From Hydrolagus affinis (taxonomy: Eukaryota), in assembly GCA_012026655.1 (NCBI GenBank), contig JAAILG010001041.1, positions 1 to 64,000 of the forward strand: DNA of 64,000 nucleotides. The letters run 5' to 3'. How positions within the stretch are numbered: position 1 is the stretch's first letter; each line of letters opens with the position of its first letter. Positions 48,721 to 63,009 of the stretch are shown piece after piece. Both the position numbers and the translations under genes were made by a program. The notes under the pieces were generated by a model. The model was not told the DNA's origin, ran no database searches, and saw nothing but the letters and a program-made list of their open reading frames with translations.

Positions 48721-51700
48721 CTGCGTCACGTATGTTCATGCAAGAATAATTTGAAGCAGATTGTATACAATTAGCCCACCCCCGTCCCGCCCATGAAAAA
48801 TGACAGTAGTTTTGTCTCGCTGAATATCATCAGTAATATTTATTTAATGCAGAGGCACCCCCCCACCCCCACCACCCCCCATACCTTCACCCCCACTGCA
48901 CACACATTCCCGTAGCAAATGATTAGACATGGGCTACTCACTAACTTTCCTGCTCTGCAAATTCCGTCCGTGCGGGAAATTGATTTGCAAGAGCCTGCAG
49001 CTCTTGTAAATTACTCTGAACACTATAAAAACATGTAGCATTGATATTGATTACATTTCTGACAAGACCCCAACATACCTGATGCAGTGAAGACGACAAG
49101 ATGGGAAGCGCTTGTACAAACCCCAAGGAACAATATCCCACATGCTAATTTCTCACTAGGAGCCGACAACCTCACAGGTGACCTAAAGCTACCAGCTCAA
49201 TAACCTGTCTCTTTCGTTCCTTTGGGATGGGTTAAAAGGGGACCCTTGGGCTCGGTGCTGCCAGAAGCCCTGCTCTCCGTACACTGTTAAAGGGCACACC
49301 GCAGCTCACCACCTTTGCCTGAGCTCCTTTTCCCGACGGGTGTGAGAGAGAGGGACTGGAAATCGTGAACTGTGTTTGGAAAATAGAAATTATGGCAGGA
49401 GTAAACCTCCATGTATTCTCCTTCAACCACATATGCACGCACACAGGCACGTGCACCACCCCCCCCACACACACACACACAAACACACACACACATATGC
49501 CAACAGCTGGGAAAAGCCCAATGTGTTGACTTTCTCACAACAGATTCCCAGCCAAGACGATTCACTGCTGTGTCACCAGACGTCAGATCCATCCTCCCCT
49601 TATTTCCTGAGGGCTCAGATTGTTTCTGCTCTTCCTGGATAGTCTCCTGCTGAAGAGATGCTTTTGTTGGTATAGCGACCGCAATGCCCTCAGTGTGCTG
49701 CAAAACACTATGGCAGCAAGAATTGAAAGCAATTTTTAATTGGATTAGACATAACACACTGGGTTGGGCAGGGCGCCTGTCCTTCACTATCTTCACAGTC
49801 CTGTTGTTTTAAATAATAACATTATAAGAAGTGAGGAACATTACAGCTTTTTATAGTGTACATAAACTCAAAATTTAGTGCAATTGGCAAGGACAGTACA
49901 CAGGAAAAAACCTGAAGCCAATATTAGTTTGAACCAGGTTCAGTCCTCTTCCATAGACCAATAACAACTTGCATTTATATTGTGCACCTCGTGTAGAATA
50001 ACGTCTTGGAGAGTTTCATCAAGGCTGGACTGAATGACAAACAAGATGGAGAGGTGATCATAAGTGCTGTCAAAGGGTTAGGTTTTTAGGTAAGGCAGAG
50101 GTTTGGGGCACATACGCTGAACAATAGCTCACATGGTGCCTTTGCTGGTCGAGACTGACTTTTGAATGATTATTAATTAAAACTGCAGTAGCTGAGGTGT
50201 TGTAGCCACTGGCGGTTGGTAAAATTAAAGTACTGTATTATCCAGAGCCTCACCTCATCTCATTTCAACTGCACATCTAGTTTTCACGGAGTGGAGACGA
50301 TTTTAATGTTTTGCCGCCAGAGAACTTCACAACAGAGAGGACAGTGGAAGCTGCCAAATACTGTATTACACTTGCACTGTTAGATAAACGTTTATCTTTT
50401 CCATTTTCGTCAAGGTGCTGATTCAGTGCTCCTGCAAATTGAGGCTGAAATTGACTATAATTAATGAATTAATTAATTATTGTAGCGCCCGCACGGCCAA
50501 TGCTGTAAGGGGTCCTTTTATGCCTGTCTTGCGTTTCGCCATGGTCAGTAACAGTGTGATCTCCCTTTAGAGTTCCCCAGCGTAGGAGGAAACAGCTCAA
50601 TTTCACCGAACAATATTTGGTTTTCCAACATTCATAAAGATCTCCATGTTGACTCAGTGTCTACCAGTAGCGCCCATTCCTGTGGCGAAGGGAATTCCTT
50701 CCCCTTGAGCTACCACAAACTCGTTTTACATGAGATTCCACCTTTGTTCTTAATGACCCTCCGTAAGTCCTTTAAATGACTAAAATTATTGAATCATAGC
50801 ACCTTGGGGGCACGAGACAGCAGGCAATCCTACCAGGTCATCAGTCCACCAACACTGTGTTAGTTTTGGCTCCAAACTATCCAGAGACTACTCGTCTAAA
50901 TCTATCTTCTCTGGACAGAAGCCAAGCTAAATAATAATCCCAAATCAATCCCTTTCACTGGTGGTGAGGAGACTGCGTAAAAGTGTTTGTACAGGGATAA
51001 AATCCATTCACATGAAGGTTAGCAAAGACCTTTCCTTAAAGCCGTTTACCTTTAGAATAAAACTACACTCTGATAACATGCAGAATTTGAGTACATTAAT
51101 CAGTAGGCGCTATCCAATTATCTAGGCTGCCAAATTGAACAAAGTTGAGACTGTTGCAAAGTTTGGATGGACTTTCCTATCTAGGGATAAAGCACACCTC
51201 GAAGTTAAGACCTATTCTCCTGCTAGATGGCGCAATCCAGTCCAACTTTGTTGGGTTCCAGCTCTCATGTTCTCTGAAGGAATAACTAGCTCCTTTGTCA
51301 ACATCCATCCCGACTTGGTGAGGAAACAGTGAGGAGTTTCCCATGCAGCACCGAGCAGCCGGCTGACTGGCGGTCGCGTTGGAAGCTCCCTTTTGCCGGT
51401 GTACTCCCGGAGTTTATAGAAATGCTTGCGTTTCAAGTCTCCGCCCAGCAGCATTTTGCTCTGTGTTTTCTTTCCTCACAGAATGTCACACAGCTGTAAT
51501 GTTTTATTGATTGCAATAAAATGAAAATCGTACGGTGCAAAACCTAAATAGAGGTTAATGCCATCCTGGAGGCATTCTGTCCAAGCCTAAACATGTGTCT
51601 GTACCAGTAGAAAGTTAACCCCATGCATACTGAATAAGCAACTGCCTCTGCACAAGCCCTCCGGTGTTCAAAATGGAATAAAAGCCTGTGAAGTTACTGT

Positions 51701-53407
51701 CGTGGGTGTGGCACAGTGCAGAAATAATGTACCTCTGAATAAAACAGAGCAGAAATCAATGGACGAACATAATTAGGTTGCGTTACAAAATGGTTTGTCA
51801 GATCCAAGCAGCTGGTGACAGCTTTCGGAGGCTAGAGCAGCTCTGTACGAAGATACGAAAGCTAGATAGAGACAATTATCGAATAGGACAACTGTCTTAT
51901 TCTGCACGCAGAAGGTTTGATTTGTTTAAGGATTTCAGACTGAAGGCTGGATTCTCTCCCCTCCTCTGTCTGTTGACACACAGGGTTGTAAATCCACTTG
52001 TGCATTATATTCGTACCTCCCCTTCTCTTGTCGCAAAATGAAGATGAAAAGTTTGAAGTGTGAACCAATTAATCTTCACACATGTCGCAGGCCTGCACTG
52101 GTGTTTTCAGTGCTCCGAAATACTAGCCCATTTCAAGGGTATTATGTGAATGCAAGTTGCTGTTGTTTCGGCCCCTGGTGAGCTTTTACTTTTACTGGCA
52201 AAGTGTAAGGAACGCTACAGACCTGTTGTTGACCCGTAAGGGATTTCCAATCTCTCCCCACCTTTAAAGCCCCCCCTTAAAACCTGTTCAGCTGCTCTTT
52301 CAGTGACCTTCGTCCGTCCCCTTCCACCACCCAAAACCCACTCCACTACCATTCGGACGTCCAGTCGGTTGTGTGAAATGCTGTAACATGTCCTGATGCG
52401 AAAGACACTGAGTAAATCTAGATTGTTTTTTTTGTAAGGCCATGATTAAACTTAAAATCGAAGATCGAGCAACATGTTTTAAAGTCAGTCTTAATTTGGA
52501 ATCGTTTAGTTTTTCAGCAGTTCTTTAAAGAGTGTAAACAAGAATGGTGAGAAAACAAGAATAAATTCCGCAATGCTGACAAGCCAAATCCTGGTTGTGA
52601 CCACCTTATCAGATAGACATTGAGTGTATCCCCCCGCCTCAGTGTTCATCACTCCTAGCATTCGTGGTTCTGTTTGTTTGTTATTTAAGCCCGGTAAATA
52701 CATGTTCACTTGTGGCTGACGATTTCAAGCCCACCTCGTCCTGAAAGAGGAGAAGCCTGTCTTAGCCAAAGGTCATTAATCAAGGTGAAAATTTACTGTA
52801 GAGTTCCTTTCAAACATCAGTACTTTTTACGCAGAGTTTTTTTTCCTCTCCGAGCTAAATCAACTCCAGACTCGCTTCCAAGTGCAATGCACCATTTTAA
52901 CAAGACCTCCAGATGAGTGGCATCAGGTGGCAACAAACAGTACAGTTTGACAGTGCTTAGGACATTGCCTGTTTGATGTGAATTAGCAGGTGAAGTCATT
53001 TTATGCCTGTCGATGTGGTGATATTTTAACCATCACATTACAGTTGTGATGGTTAAAATCACAGCCCGACGTGAAAGGTGCTCTACAAGTGTAATTTTGT
53101 TGTTGTTGTTCTTGTTCTTGCCCAAGGGTGTAACAAATTGTATTACAGCTTTAGACCATGGAATAATTAGTACAGGCCTAGTGAGAATGTCTTTGGTGTT
53201 GTAAACTGGGCCAGAAGCTTCTGAACGTAAACAGAACCGCAAGTGGTCACATTTACGAATTTGTTTGGAATTAAATGTGTTACCGTGCGAGGTGCATGGA
53301 GCTGATTTAATGGGGAACTGTGTCATTTTGCTGGCGCTTTACAATGAGTGAAAGTGAAATTTAAGTGCATTTGAAGGCTGAATCTTGCTTTCACACCTTA
53401 TAACCTA

Positions 53408-53792
53408 TAATGATCCTTACATTTGATATAGCTCCATGTCACATCATCAACACATCTCAAAGCGCTTCCCAGGATTTTGCTGTAGAGTGAAGTGAGTTTG
53501 TATTTTGTGGGTGAACATAGCAGCCACTTTGTTGTGCAGCAATGTCCCACAACCAGCCATGATGGGAACAATCCATTTTATCTACAGAATTGGTTGGCCA
53601 GGACAATGGAAGAAATTCCCTTCTCTTTTCAAACAGGATTTTTCTCATCTCACCTGGAGGGTGATACATCTATTAATATCGCTCACCCCAACACTACATT
53701 GGACTGTCAACCTGGGCTATTTCAAAGTCTTGATTTGGGGCTTGAACCCACAACCTTCTGCTAAGGGGCAAGAATGCGTCCAACTGAATTAG
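53408..53792 (-). mobile_element. Deu-domain SINE, long form
   Basis: Tail, TTGGCCAGGACA core and head GGGCTTGAACCCACAACCTTCTG are all colinear. Confidence 0.8.
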
Positions 53793-56289
53793 GTCAGCAT
53801 GATTAACATTATTGATAACATTATCAACGTACTGTAGTTAAAATCTGTTTTGCAGCCTTGTTCTCTGAAACAAGTTTCAAATCATTGTGAAGGTGGAAAG
53901 TATTTGAAGTTAATACTTATTTAAATCCTTCCTTGAGCTGCAACGCAGAGTTCTGCAATTCGCTGAAATGCATTTGTGTGATTTGGGAGGTATAAATTGG
54001 TTGTGTATTTTTGTGGTGCTGTTTAAAAATACATGCACTGTGTATATTAATGTACCGACAGTTCAATCAATTTGCATCGGTAAAAAGGGCTTCATACCTT
54101 CAATGTTTTGGCTTGCATGGACCAGCAAAATTAATGACGAATAATCCCTCTTGATATTCTGACAGGTGTCAACTGTGGTAAAATTGCGCTTGGATTAATA
54201 ATCCAGGCTGGTATTAAGGGACAATATATGTAGAATGTTTATAAAGCATTTTCCAGACCACATTGTCAGACTGGCTCACTAGATTGTCCATCAACGGTGA
54301 CAAATATTTTGAAAGCACACACGCTAAATGTTGCCACTTAGATCCAGTAAGGTTTTTTGGAGTATCCCAGAATTTTTGACGAATACAGTATTTTGGGTGA
54401 TACAGTAATCTCTGGAAGTAAAACCACTTTTGAAGTCAATCAGGATTCCCACTAATCCACGTGTTTTAATAAAACAGATTAGATCCAGGATTTTTTTTAA
54501 AAAAAATTTGGAGTGGGTGTGGTGGTGGGGGGGAGTGAACCAGGAACAGCTGTTTAAAATGAAGGATATTAAAAACCGTGCTGTGTTATTGTGGACTGTT
54601 TTGCGAATCGCTTTGTAGACAGACCGTTAGTTTACACATTTGCTCCATGATATAAAAGTAGACCAAAGTCTTTTAAGGTCTTTTAAAGCCTCTTTGACAC
54701 TACCCTGCGTGAAGGACACTATAGGAGGTCTGACCATAGCCTTTGAATGAAGATTTAATCCACGTGAAGCCTTCTGTTTGCACAACACAGTAATAAGGCC
54801 CCCCCCCCACCACCCCATCCGACCGAGAGCGGGTTTGTTTAGATCCACCATGGACTCTTGCCAACCAAGAGCATGCTGCACATGGTTTGACAAGCTGGCC
54901 TCCAGCACCAAAAGGCCTGACTTTTACCAAAGAAGAGTGGTCCCTGATGTGTGATGTTCTACTGCCAAAAGAAGCCCATAACTTGTGCGTCTGTCAATCT
55001 CCTGCTACACCAAAGCAACTTTTCTCCAGATATCCAGAGTAACCATTTCCATTGGTAAATTCCAATTAACAATCTGTTGAAGTCAAACTTTTGTCGTTGG
55101 TTTTTTAAATTCCTCTTTCTGGTGCACTCCACCATCCAAGTCGAAGTTTGTGAGTCGGATCTCTGGGATCTATGTAAGGACTTCTGATCCCAAACTGCTG
55201 AAGATTTTGTAGCTGTGAAATAGAGCACGGTCCGTGAAGCGCTGGCTGTCAATATCAGTGCAGTTTCCTTTATCTTCCAATTGCACTTTTCTCGACTGGT
55301 CCACAGTCGACTGGTCTGAAATTAAAAAAATGTTATGTATAAGCCCAGCAAATCTATCAGCAACGAATAAAAGCTGGAGCCCTCGGAATCACTCCCATTG
55401 CCTCTTCTCTGATGTACATCAGCAGTTCCAGTAAGCAAGGGAAAGGACATGTGGTGATGTGGTCTCTGGCACCTAGCCCAGGGCCAGCCACGGGTTGCCC
55501 AGTACTTCTCTGTTGCTCTGTGAATGTGTAAAAACGTGGCCATTATATTAAGAGAAACCAAAGTTTAATTGCGTTAGGCTGAATACACTTTGCCTATAAT
55601 GAATAGAGCTTTTATTCCCATCTCAGTAATTCTACTCTGCATTTTCCGCTTGCCACTTCCTTGTTGGTGTGAATTGGCTTCACCCCATTTGGTTGTCAAG
55701 CTCCAATTTTAAGGCTGTCTAAACAGTTGCATTAAAGTAGCGGGAATTAAATAAGTCCCTTCAAACTTAAAGAGCGAGCGAGCAGACAAAAAAGGGAGAA
55801 AGGTGTAATGCTTTTTTTTTAAAAAAACTCCAGTGTTTAGTAAGAAAATTAGCGCTTGACATTAGAGTGTTATTAATGGAGGGGCTAAGCAGCAGGGGTA
55901 CATGGGCATGGGGGGTGGGGGAGTGGAAAAGGAGATCAGCCAAATGAAAATAGAAAAGCATTAGTAATTAGATAAAGAATTAGTTTGAACAAAGACCTTT
56001 TTTTTGCCTTTGTCTTTATGCTTTGCCATTATCCCCATAGAAACTGTAAAATGATTCAGCCATTTAAGCTCCATCTCACTTCCTGACCTAATTTAAAATG
56101 CAGTCGAGTTTGAAAACATGACCATTTTAAAATACCAAACGAGCGGAGAATTTTCAGATCACCTTTAACGAGTCTCTTATTGCCAGCAATCATATTGTGT
56201 CTATGTCTCCTTGTTCTACTGTCTCGATACGTTCTAAAATTTCTATACTTTTTCAGTCCCATTTAAAATGTTGTATACTTCTCAGAGAG

Positions 56290-56605
56290 GATTTTATGCA
56301 GGTGTTCAAAAATGTATATGGGATTGAAACGTAAATCCAGGTTGTATCAAGACAGTAGGATAAGAAGGCACTGATTTAAAGTTGAAAAAGGATATTTTTA
56401 GGATGGGTATTGGTAGTTATTTTTTATGTAGAGGGTACTTATGGAACAGGTTGCTAGGAAAGGTAGTAGAAGCTAGGATACTGTGATGCATTTAAAAAGC
56501 ACCTTGATGCTGTGGTAGTGGAGCTATAGAGTGAGTGTTCTAGAGGGATGAGATTAGAACTGCAGAAGGGCCTTCTACACCCAGACAAATCTTGAACTCT
56601 TGTGA
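56290..56605 (+). mobile_element. CR1 LINE ORF2 C-terminus and 3' UTR, decayed; an oppositely oriented CR1-like fragment may lie at about 56080-56260
   Basis: Piecewise translation VFKM..G / SR.R.H.FK / FR / WNRL.GKVVEA / FKKHLD fits the CR1 ORF2 end. Confidence 0.7.
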
Positions 56606-57014
56606 AAATACGCTGAACATTTTGTTTGCAGTATCTTCACTGAGATCTACTGATAAATATTATGAACAGAATCCTAAGACTCGTACTGTACTTTGGAGAC
56701 TCAACTGATCAAAACTGTTCTCCCCTGAGATCCATTGTCATCGATAATTATTCTTTACTTACTATTCTGGAACAATTCTTAACCTACACTTAACAGATTG
56801 GGTGTTGAGTTCCGACAGAGAATTGAAGGACAAGGTAATGTTTTTCCCGGGAAAGCCAGAAATATAGAAACTGTCAGCAATGAACGAAATCATTCATCCA
56901 GTGTGTCTGTCACTCTGCTACCTCTGTGGTTTTTAAGGTCGTCCTTTTCATTAATCCCACTTTGCAGGTCTGTTTCCCCATATCCCTTTACTGAAATCAG
57001 GCACATGTGAGATA

Positions 57015-57290
57015 ACCACTGCAATCATCCACAAATACAGGGGTGAGGTAAAATCCTGTAAAGTGCTTTGAGATGTTTTGATGATGCGATAAGGCTTTGA
57101 GACATTTCAGGGATCAAATGCAAGGATTATTAGATATAATTAATCCCTGGTTCTTCAGATAGGCAGTCTGCCTCATTGTTGTTGTTTCTATTTATTCCTA
57201 AAATAATTCCTGGAACTGAAATGTTTCTTCTTCCTTAGGCCAATGTGATAAGGCGCTAAATCAAATGCAAGGATTATTATTATTATTATC
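57015..57290 (+). mobile_element. Two SINE 3' tail stubs (57015-57131 and 57245-57290)
   Basis: AAGTGCTTTGAGATG...ATCAAATGCAAGGATTATT, and AAGGCGCTAAATCAAATGCAAGGA(TTA)5. Confidence 0.75.
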
Positions 57291-59639
57291 AGTCTTCTTC
57301 CTCTACTATGAATAATATCCCTCTACCCACAAACAGAAGAGTAAATGCTTTGCTGCAGCAAGGATGAGGGTGGTGGGGGTTGGCTGGGTGTGTGGGGAGG
57401 TGGGTGGGGGGGAGTGGGTGATGGGGGGGAAACAAGGGACAAAGCCAAAGCAGGTTACATTACTGCAAATATTGATTGCTCCATTGTTAAGTATTTTTTG
57501 AAGGAGGCAGTGGTCAGGAATTATCTCCAGGGTGTCTACCTATCTCTATATATTCCAGGGGTTAGTGTCTCAGTTACAGGTTCTTCAGAGGTGAAGAGCG
57601 AGCTACTGATTTCTCTCTTTGTGGCCAGGAGGCTTATCATTATGGGATGTAAATTCAGTAACCTTCCCTATAAACAGCAGTGGATCAGTTGATTCCAGCA
57701 CAATGCGGGGTGGAAAGGGCTAACTATTTGAGAGAATCTGATGCTCATGGGAGCAATTTATGGGCCTGTAATGTCAGGGGTGCGAGGAGGGGGAGAGTGG
57801 GGCTGGGGGAACAAGAAACAATGTGACCTGAACCAAGAGAGGAGATGATAGTGAATGCTGCCTTCCTTCAATATCTATTACCCAACTGGGATGAACAGGC
57901 ATAGACTGAAGCTCCTCATTTAGTAAACATGAATTCAGGAGGCATTGCAATTGATGCCGATCCACGGTTGGGAGGAATTCTCTATTAACACCAATAAGAG
58001 AAGGTAATTTACTCCATGACCCAGAAAGTAGTGGCTTAAATAGTTAAAGAGCCTCAGATGAAAATCTAGTTTTTTGTTATCATAAAACCCAGCGCTTATG
58101 AGAGGTTTATCTTCTCCTGTCCTGACAGATGTACGTTGCCGTGCAAAGCAATCCCTCCCAAGTTCATGTTGAAAATCTCAATAAAGCCAACGTAATGTAT
58201 TGCTTTTAGTGATTGGCAAGCGTTTCTGTTGATGAAACTATTTACCTAACTCGGTGTTAGCTTTTATGATCAGAAAGGACTCTGAGATAGTTGCCAGCAA
58301 AGGCACAGAGCAAGGCTTTGCTCAACCCCTAGTTTCTAGGGAATCCATTGCATCAAATAACCCATGCGTCTCTCGGTAATCAGGTCAGGTCACTCAATGC
58401 AATAAATTCCATATGCCTTTGAGGTCCATTTTGCATTTAATACAAAATTCCAATCAGACATGATGTGATATTTGGGTGTATTTCAGGCACTGTGTTGAGC
58501 AGATCGTGTCTGGATTTTGTTTTGTGTGTGAACATTGGCAGGATTTTTAATGTACTGTTTATAGGTCCTTGTTTGGCCATTTTCTCAAATAAAAAAAATG
58601 TTTTGCAATTAAACCCTTTTTTTTTGAAGAGGCAAAAAAAAGGAATCAATTTCCCTGTACGATTCAGTCTGTTAGTAACATTCTGTATCCTTTTCAAACA
58701 CCAAATGAGCTGCGTTGTGCAATTTAAGTTCAAAGACGTGTGTTTGCGTCGTCTCGAGCAGTTGTAAAAGATTATTATCGCTAAAAATGTTTCTTAAATA
58801 TTTTAATTATAGTTCTAGAAGGAGATCATTTCACTCCTATTATATTTCAAAGGTTATGTTTGAAGTATGTTATTCTAATGCCAGTAGAAGTATAATGAAT
58901 CCTCATTTGTATACAAAGGCTTAACAGACGCCACTGTGCAGCCAGGCGTCTCTCTCTTGCACAGCACCCAGTAAAACAAAGGCTGGTGGCAGGCAAGTGT
59001 CTGTTGAATGCTTTTGGTGACACAACCCAGTTAGTATGCTAATTCAGCTCCCGCATTATAAATTCAGATCAGCTTCTCTTTCCTAGAGCCTTGTATTATA
59101 GCAGCGGCTGCGATATTTAATTGCTAATTTCTTGCATGCATTACAGACTTACAGACACACACATACACACACACACACTCGCACACAGTCTCTGCCTTCC
59201 CTCGGCAAGACAGAACATTTCTCCGTGCTTGACCCAGACTTTGTAAAGGTGAGTAGCACTGCTGTTACAGCGATTGGCGGATGCCTTTTCCTGGTGCCAG
59301 CCTTTATTATGTAATTTCCTGTTCGCAAAATGATGATTCTCGTACTTCAATGTGTACGGGCAGATTGCCTCTGTCTGCAGTCCTGAAAACTTACTTTGCG
59401 GTTGCTAAAAACACGAGGGATTGTAAGCCCTTTCTCAATGTGAACTTTGATGTCATGGGGAATGCAGTACGGACCTTTTTTTGTTAATGAAACAAGAGCC
59501 AGTGCTTGAGAGGTTCCCATTGACGGGACAATGTTTGTATTGATACAGTAGAATACCAATTCACTATGGGCACACTCGCTTGGTAACCTGCCAACCTCCC
59601 CTCCCCCATTCCTCCCCCCGCACTCCCCAACAATGTCGT

Positions 59640-60290
59640 CAGCACTGGTGACTTATTGGTTCTCTCCTGCAGCCCCCAGAGCAAAGCACACACAGAAATT
59701 CCTGTTGAGACCCGGGCACAATCACAGCTCAGAAACAAGTGGCTGGATCAATGGTGTGCCATTATTCAGCGCTATAATTCATTTCACTGGCATTGGCAAT
59801 GGGCCAAAGCCGTGCTTTCTCTTCTCTCGCTCTCGCTTCCTTTTCACTTCAAAACATTTGGCACGGCTGCAGCTTCCTCAATGCTTTATGCCTCTCGCTC
59901 CAGCTCCCTTTCGGAAATCTCTCGACACGTTTTAAAACATTATTTTTTTTTTTGCTCGCATGCAGTTAGCTTTACTTACGAGAAAATGCGACGTGATCCT
60001 CTCCCCTCGTTCCCTTCACGTTCCAGTCGCTGCATGACTGCAAAATGACTGGATGCATCGCAGGCGTTTGCATAGTCACAGCATTAGAACAGCAATCATG
60101 TATTACCTTGCCGCTCTCTTGTCACAGAGCCAAGGAAAATCTCTGTTACGTAGCAGCCACCTCCTGTTCCCTGTGTCGTGAGTCATTTTTTTTAACGTTG
60201 CCATACCCCTACGTAGCAAGAATGCGTACTTCCTGTGCCTGTGGAGATGTCCTACCACCTCGCTCACTCATTTAGCTAGGTTGCTCCCCC

Positions 60291-60324
<34 letters not shown>

Positions 60325-61310
60325 TTCTTTCTCTCTCTCTCTCTCACGCACGCCTTTTCTCTGCTTTTTTTTTCCCCTCTCCATTCTCTGTGCCCACCGC
60401 TCACCAGATGGAACGCGTCTGGGCTGCAGAAGCTGTGTCTGCTTCTCCGTGCCAGCCTGACCGCCAACGACGCTCCACACAATGAATAATCAATACCCTT
60501 ATTGATCTGTTGTGAATGTTTGTAAATTCCTGAAAGGAAGAATGGAAAGGGAGGGGGGGGTGATTGGTGGGGGAGGTGGCCGGGGGGGTGGGGGGTGGGG
60601 GGGGGGGGGGCAGTGCAGGGGCTGTTGTGGGGAAAGCCACTGATATTCGCAGGATCTCCGGAGGGGAAGCTTATTGGTCCGTCTAAATCCCATTCATTCC
60701 TGGAAACCTGCGCACATGCACAATGTTCGACTGTACCGCAGCTGTAATTGTGTGATGCAAACAACAAATTCATTGACAATCCTGTGTGTTAAACGGGCTG
60801 CGATAAACTTTCTTTACAATTCTGCTAATGGTCACGGCCTACAGTGAAAGCAGCTGACTAGACTCCAGGGCTGCCTGCGTGCCATCAACCCCCTAGTCTG
60901 GGAGCTCTCGAAAGCAGCCTATCACCCTTTCTCAGTTGAGCAATCATGCTTGAATACAAGATCAACTCAACACATAGCACCTAGATTGGGTTTGTGACAG
61001 GAGCATTAGTAACCTTTATGATATTAATCGGGAGCTGGATTTTATTCCTGGGTTCAATCCTCTAATTCGGCAGGGACAGAGAACCATCTATTTTATCAGT
61101 CAGAGCCAGCAAAATGATTTTTTTTTTGCAGGGCACTGATTAGCTGCCGTGATCCAATTAGCAGCACCTTTCTATCAGATACCCTGCTCCGGCGTGTTGT
61201 TGCAATGTCCGGAGCCAGTCATAAATCCTGAAGACAGTGAATCTTTCCACTAGGGAAGATTAATTGCTGCAGCCGCCGCTATATAAAAATGTTCAAGATT
61301 AAGCTTAATA
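59640..61310. promoter_or_regulatory. Transposon-free, CpG-retaining cluster of candidate regulatory blocks
   Basis: No SINE or LINE. Sox-type ACAATG motifs and TAAT cores. GCCGCCGC-TATATAAA at 61272-61287. Punctuated by (CT)n at 60291-60345 and G runs at 60548-60610. Confidence 0.3.
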
Positions 61311-62699
61311 CAGAAAGGTGAAAATTCCAATATGTGCAAAATGCTGGCAACTTGCAGCAAAAAATAGGCAAAAAAAAAGGAAGGGAAGCTTTGTTGGTCT
61401 GTCAAAGTCAGGAATTTGCCTTTTAAAGAAAACGTCAACTCCTGATAATGCATAAGTGGCGTGAAATCTTATTTGCTCATAGCATTTGGATAGCTGGTTA
61501 AATTTTAATATCTGCATTTTAGCAGTTTTATTTGGGAAAAATTCTCACTTCGTAAAAGGGAAGGAAGGTGTTTAACAGGCGGTTGGCTTTTTATACAGAA
61601 AACGGTTTGTCATTGGCAGATCTATTCTCGTTGTTAAATTTAAAATGAGGTGTTTGTATCAAGACTTAAAGTGGCAATGCCTCAAAAGCAGCACTTTTTC
61701 AACGACAACAAAAAAATCGGGTTGGAAAGTGCTTGTGCTTTTCATCTTAGATTTTGAACTCTTGTGTGTTTGTGCCGTGTTATATGTTGAGTTGTTTTGA
61801 AAGTTGCCCTGGTTTGGAATTGTGTCCAGATGTACGTTGTCAGTCCTGGTCCTTTCAGAGAGATGTTAGCGCTGAAGTCTTTCGGTTTGATCGTCTTTGT
61901 AAGTAACAAAATGACAACGAGACGCTCGAGGGGGGATGTTGGCATGAGCAAATGGCCAGAAAAGCTCAGAAGTATTGTTTTTTTTGCTCATGCGTGTGCG
62001 TTCTTTTCCTTGTCAACTCAATGGTATCATTTTCTTCGTCCATTTGAAGTCCTGTTTTTGCCTCATCCACTTTGAGGTTTTGCCATTCTCCCCACTGAGG
62101 ACGAAAGCAAAGCAGGGAAATCTTATTTCATCACCATCTACCAACTCGCTCGTCAAATGTGGAGAGATCCATGCGGCGAAGCACCTTAGCGGCATAACCG
62201 GAGTTGGAATTTGCTGTCAATGAATTAACCGGGGAAGAATTTGGTTTGGTTGTTTCGGAAAGGTGCATTCTCCCAGGTGGTGATGTGTGGGTGGTGGTGG
62301 GGGGGAGGATGGAGTGGGGGTGGGGGGGGGGGTTGGAGGGAGCTGTAGGAAGTGAAATAAATTTACTGTTTATCTATACTTAGAGAATACAGTCGCTCAC
62401 TAGTTGGCAGAAGTCACAAATTCCACACCAGGGGGAAACTGCTGGAATTTAATCAGCTAAAACTGAAGCAATTTACCAGCATGAGGCACTGGTAAGCTTC
62501 CTGCTACCTGTCTGTGATTTATGGCTTGAAGTTACCAGAAGCCAAGTAGGCAGGTTACAGTTCACCCCAGTTGCATGTCTCCACCCTTGCATCCTATTGA
62601 TGAGGCAGACAGGTAGGCCGGTCAAAACCCACAGCACCTCATAATACATGTGGATTTGCCCATTTCCCTTAGAGAGCTGAGAGTCTACCTTTGAGAGTT

Positions 62700-62796
62700 T
62701 TGCCCATAACATACAGTCAATCTACTTTACAGTATATCCTGTGAAGCGCTTTGAGGCATCTGGACAATGTGATAATCAAATGCAAGGATTGTTATT
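62700..62796 (+). mobile_element. SINE 3' end
   Basis: TGCCCATAACATACAGTCAAT...GTGAAGCGCTTTGAG...ATCAAATGCAAGGATT. Confidence 0.8.
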
Positions 62797-63009
62797 TTCA
62801 TTGAATCTGCTCAGCTCTCATCCTCTGGTATTTTACCTTTCCTCCAGAAGTGTTGGACTTTCCTTCAGCCCATGCCTAGGATGGAGGATATTCATAGTTT
62901 GGTTGCATAATTACATCAAAGCATTTGTCAGGCTAGTAAACGGGACCAGATTCATTTCCAAATAACTGCAGCAATCAGTCCTTGAATAATACGGTTTGCT
63001 CTGTATCTG

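Noticed and set aside
49287-49796. Longest ORFs (169 aa here; also 60276..60779, 38530..39015 and 23971..24348)
   Set aside because: They run through microsatellites or low-complexity sequence, show no recognisable domain, and mostly have non-ATG starts.
59087-59254. Candidate 162-nt exon (TTCTCTTTCCTAG ... AAG|GTGAGT)
   Set aside because: It has stops in all three frames and contains a (CA)n tract. There is no support for coding, and a non-coding exon cannot be shown from sequence alone.
60028-60083. 13-nt match to the 5' end of miR-153 (TTGCATAGTCACA, 60068-60080) in a weak hairpin
   Set aside because: It diverges after 13 nt, the 5' arm does not resemble the miR-153 precursor, and the stem is short and bulged.
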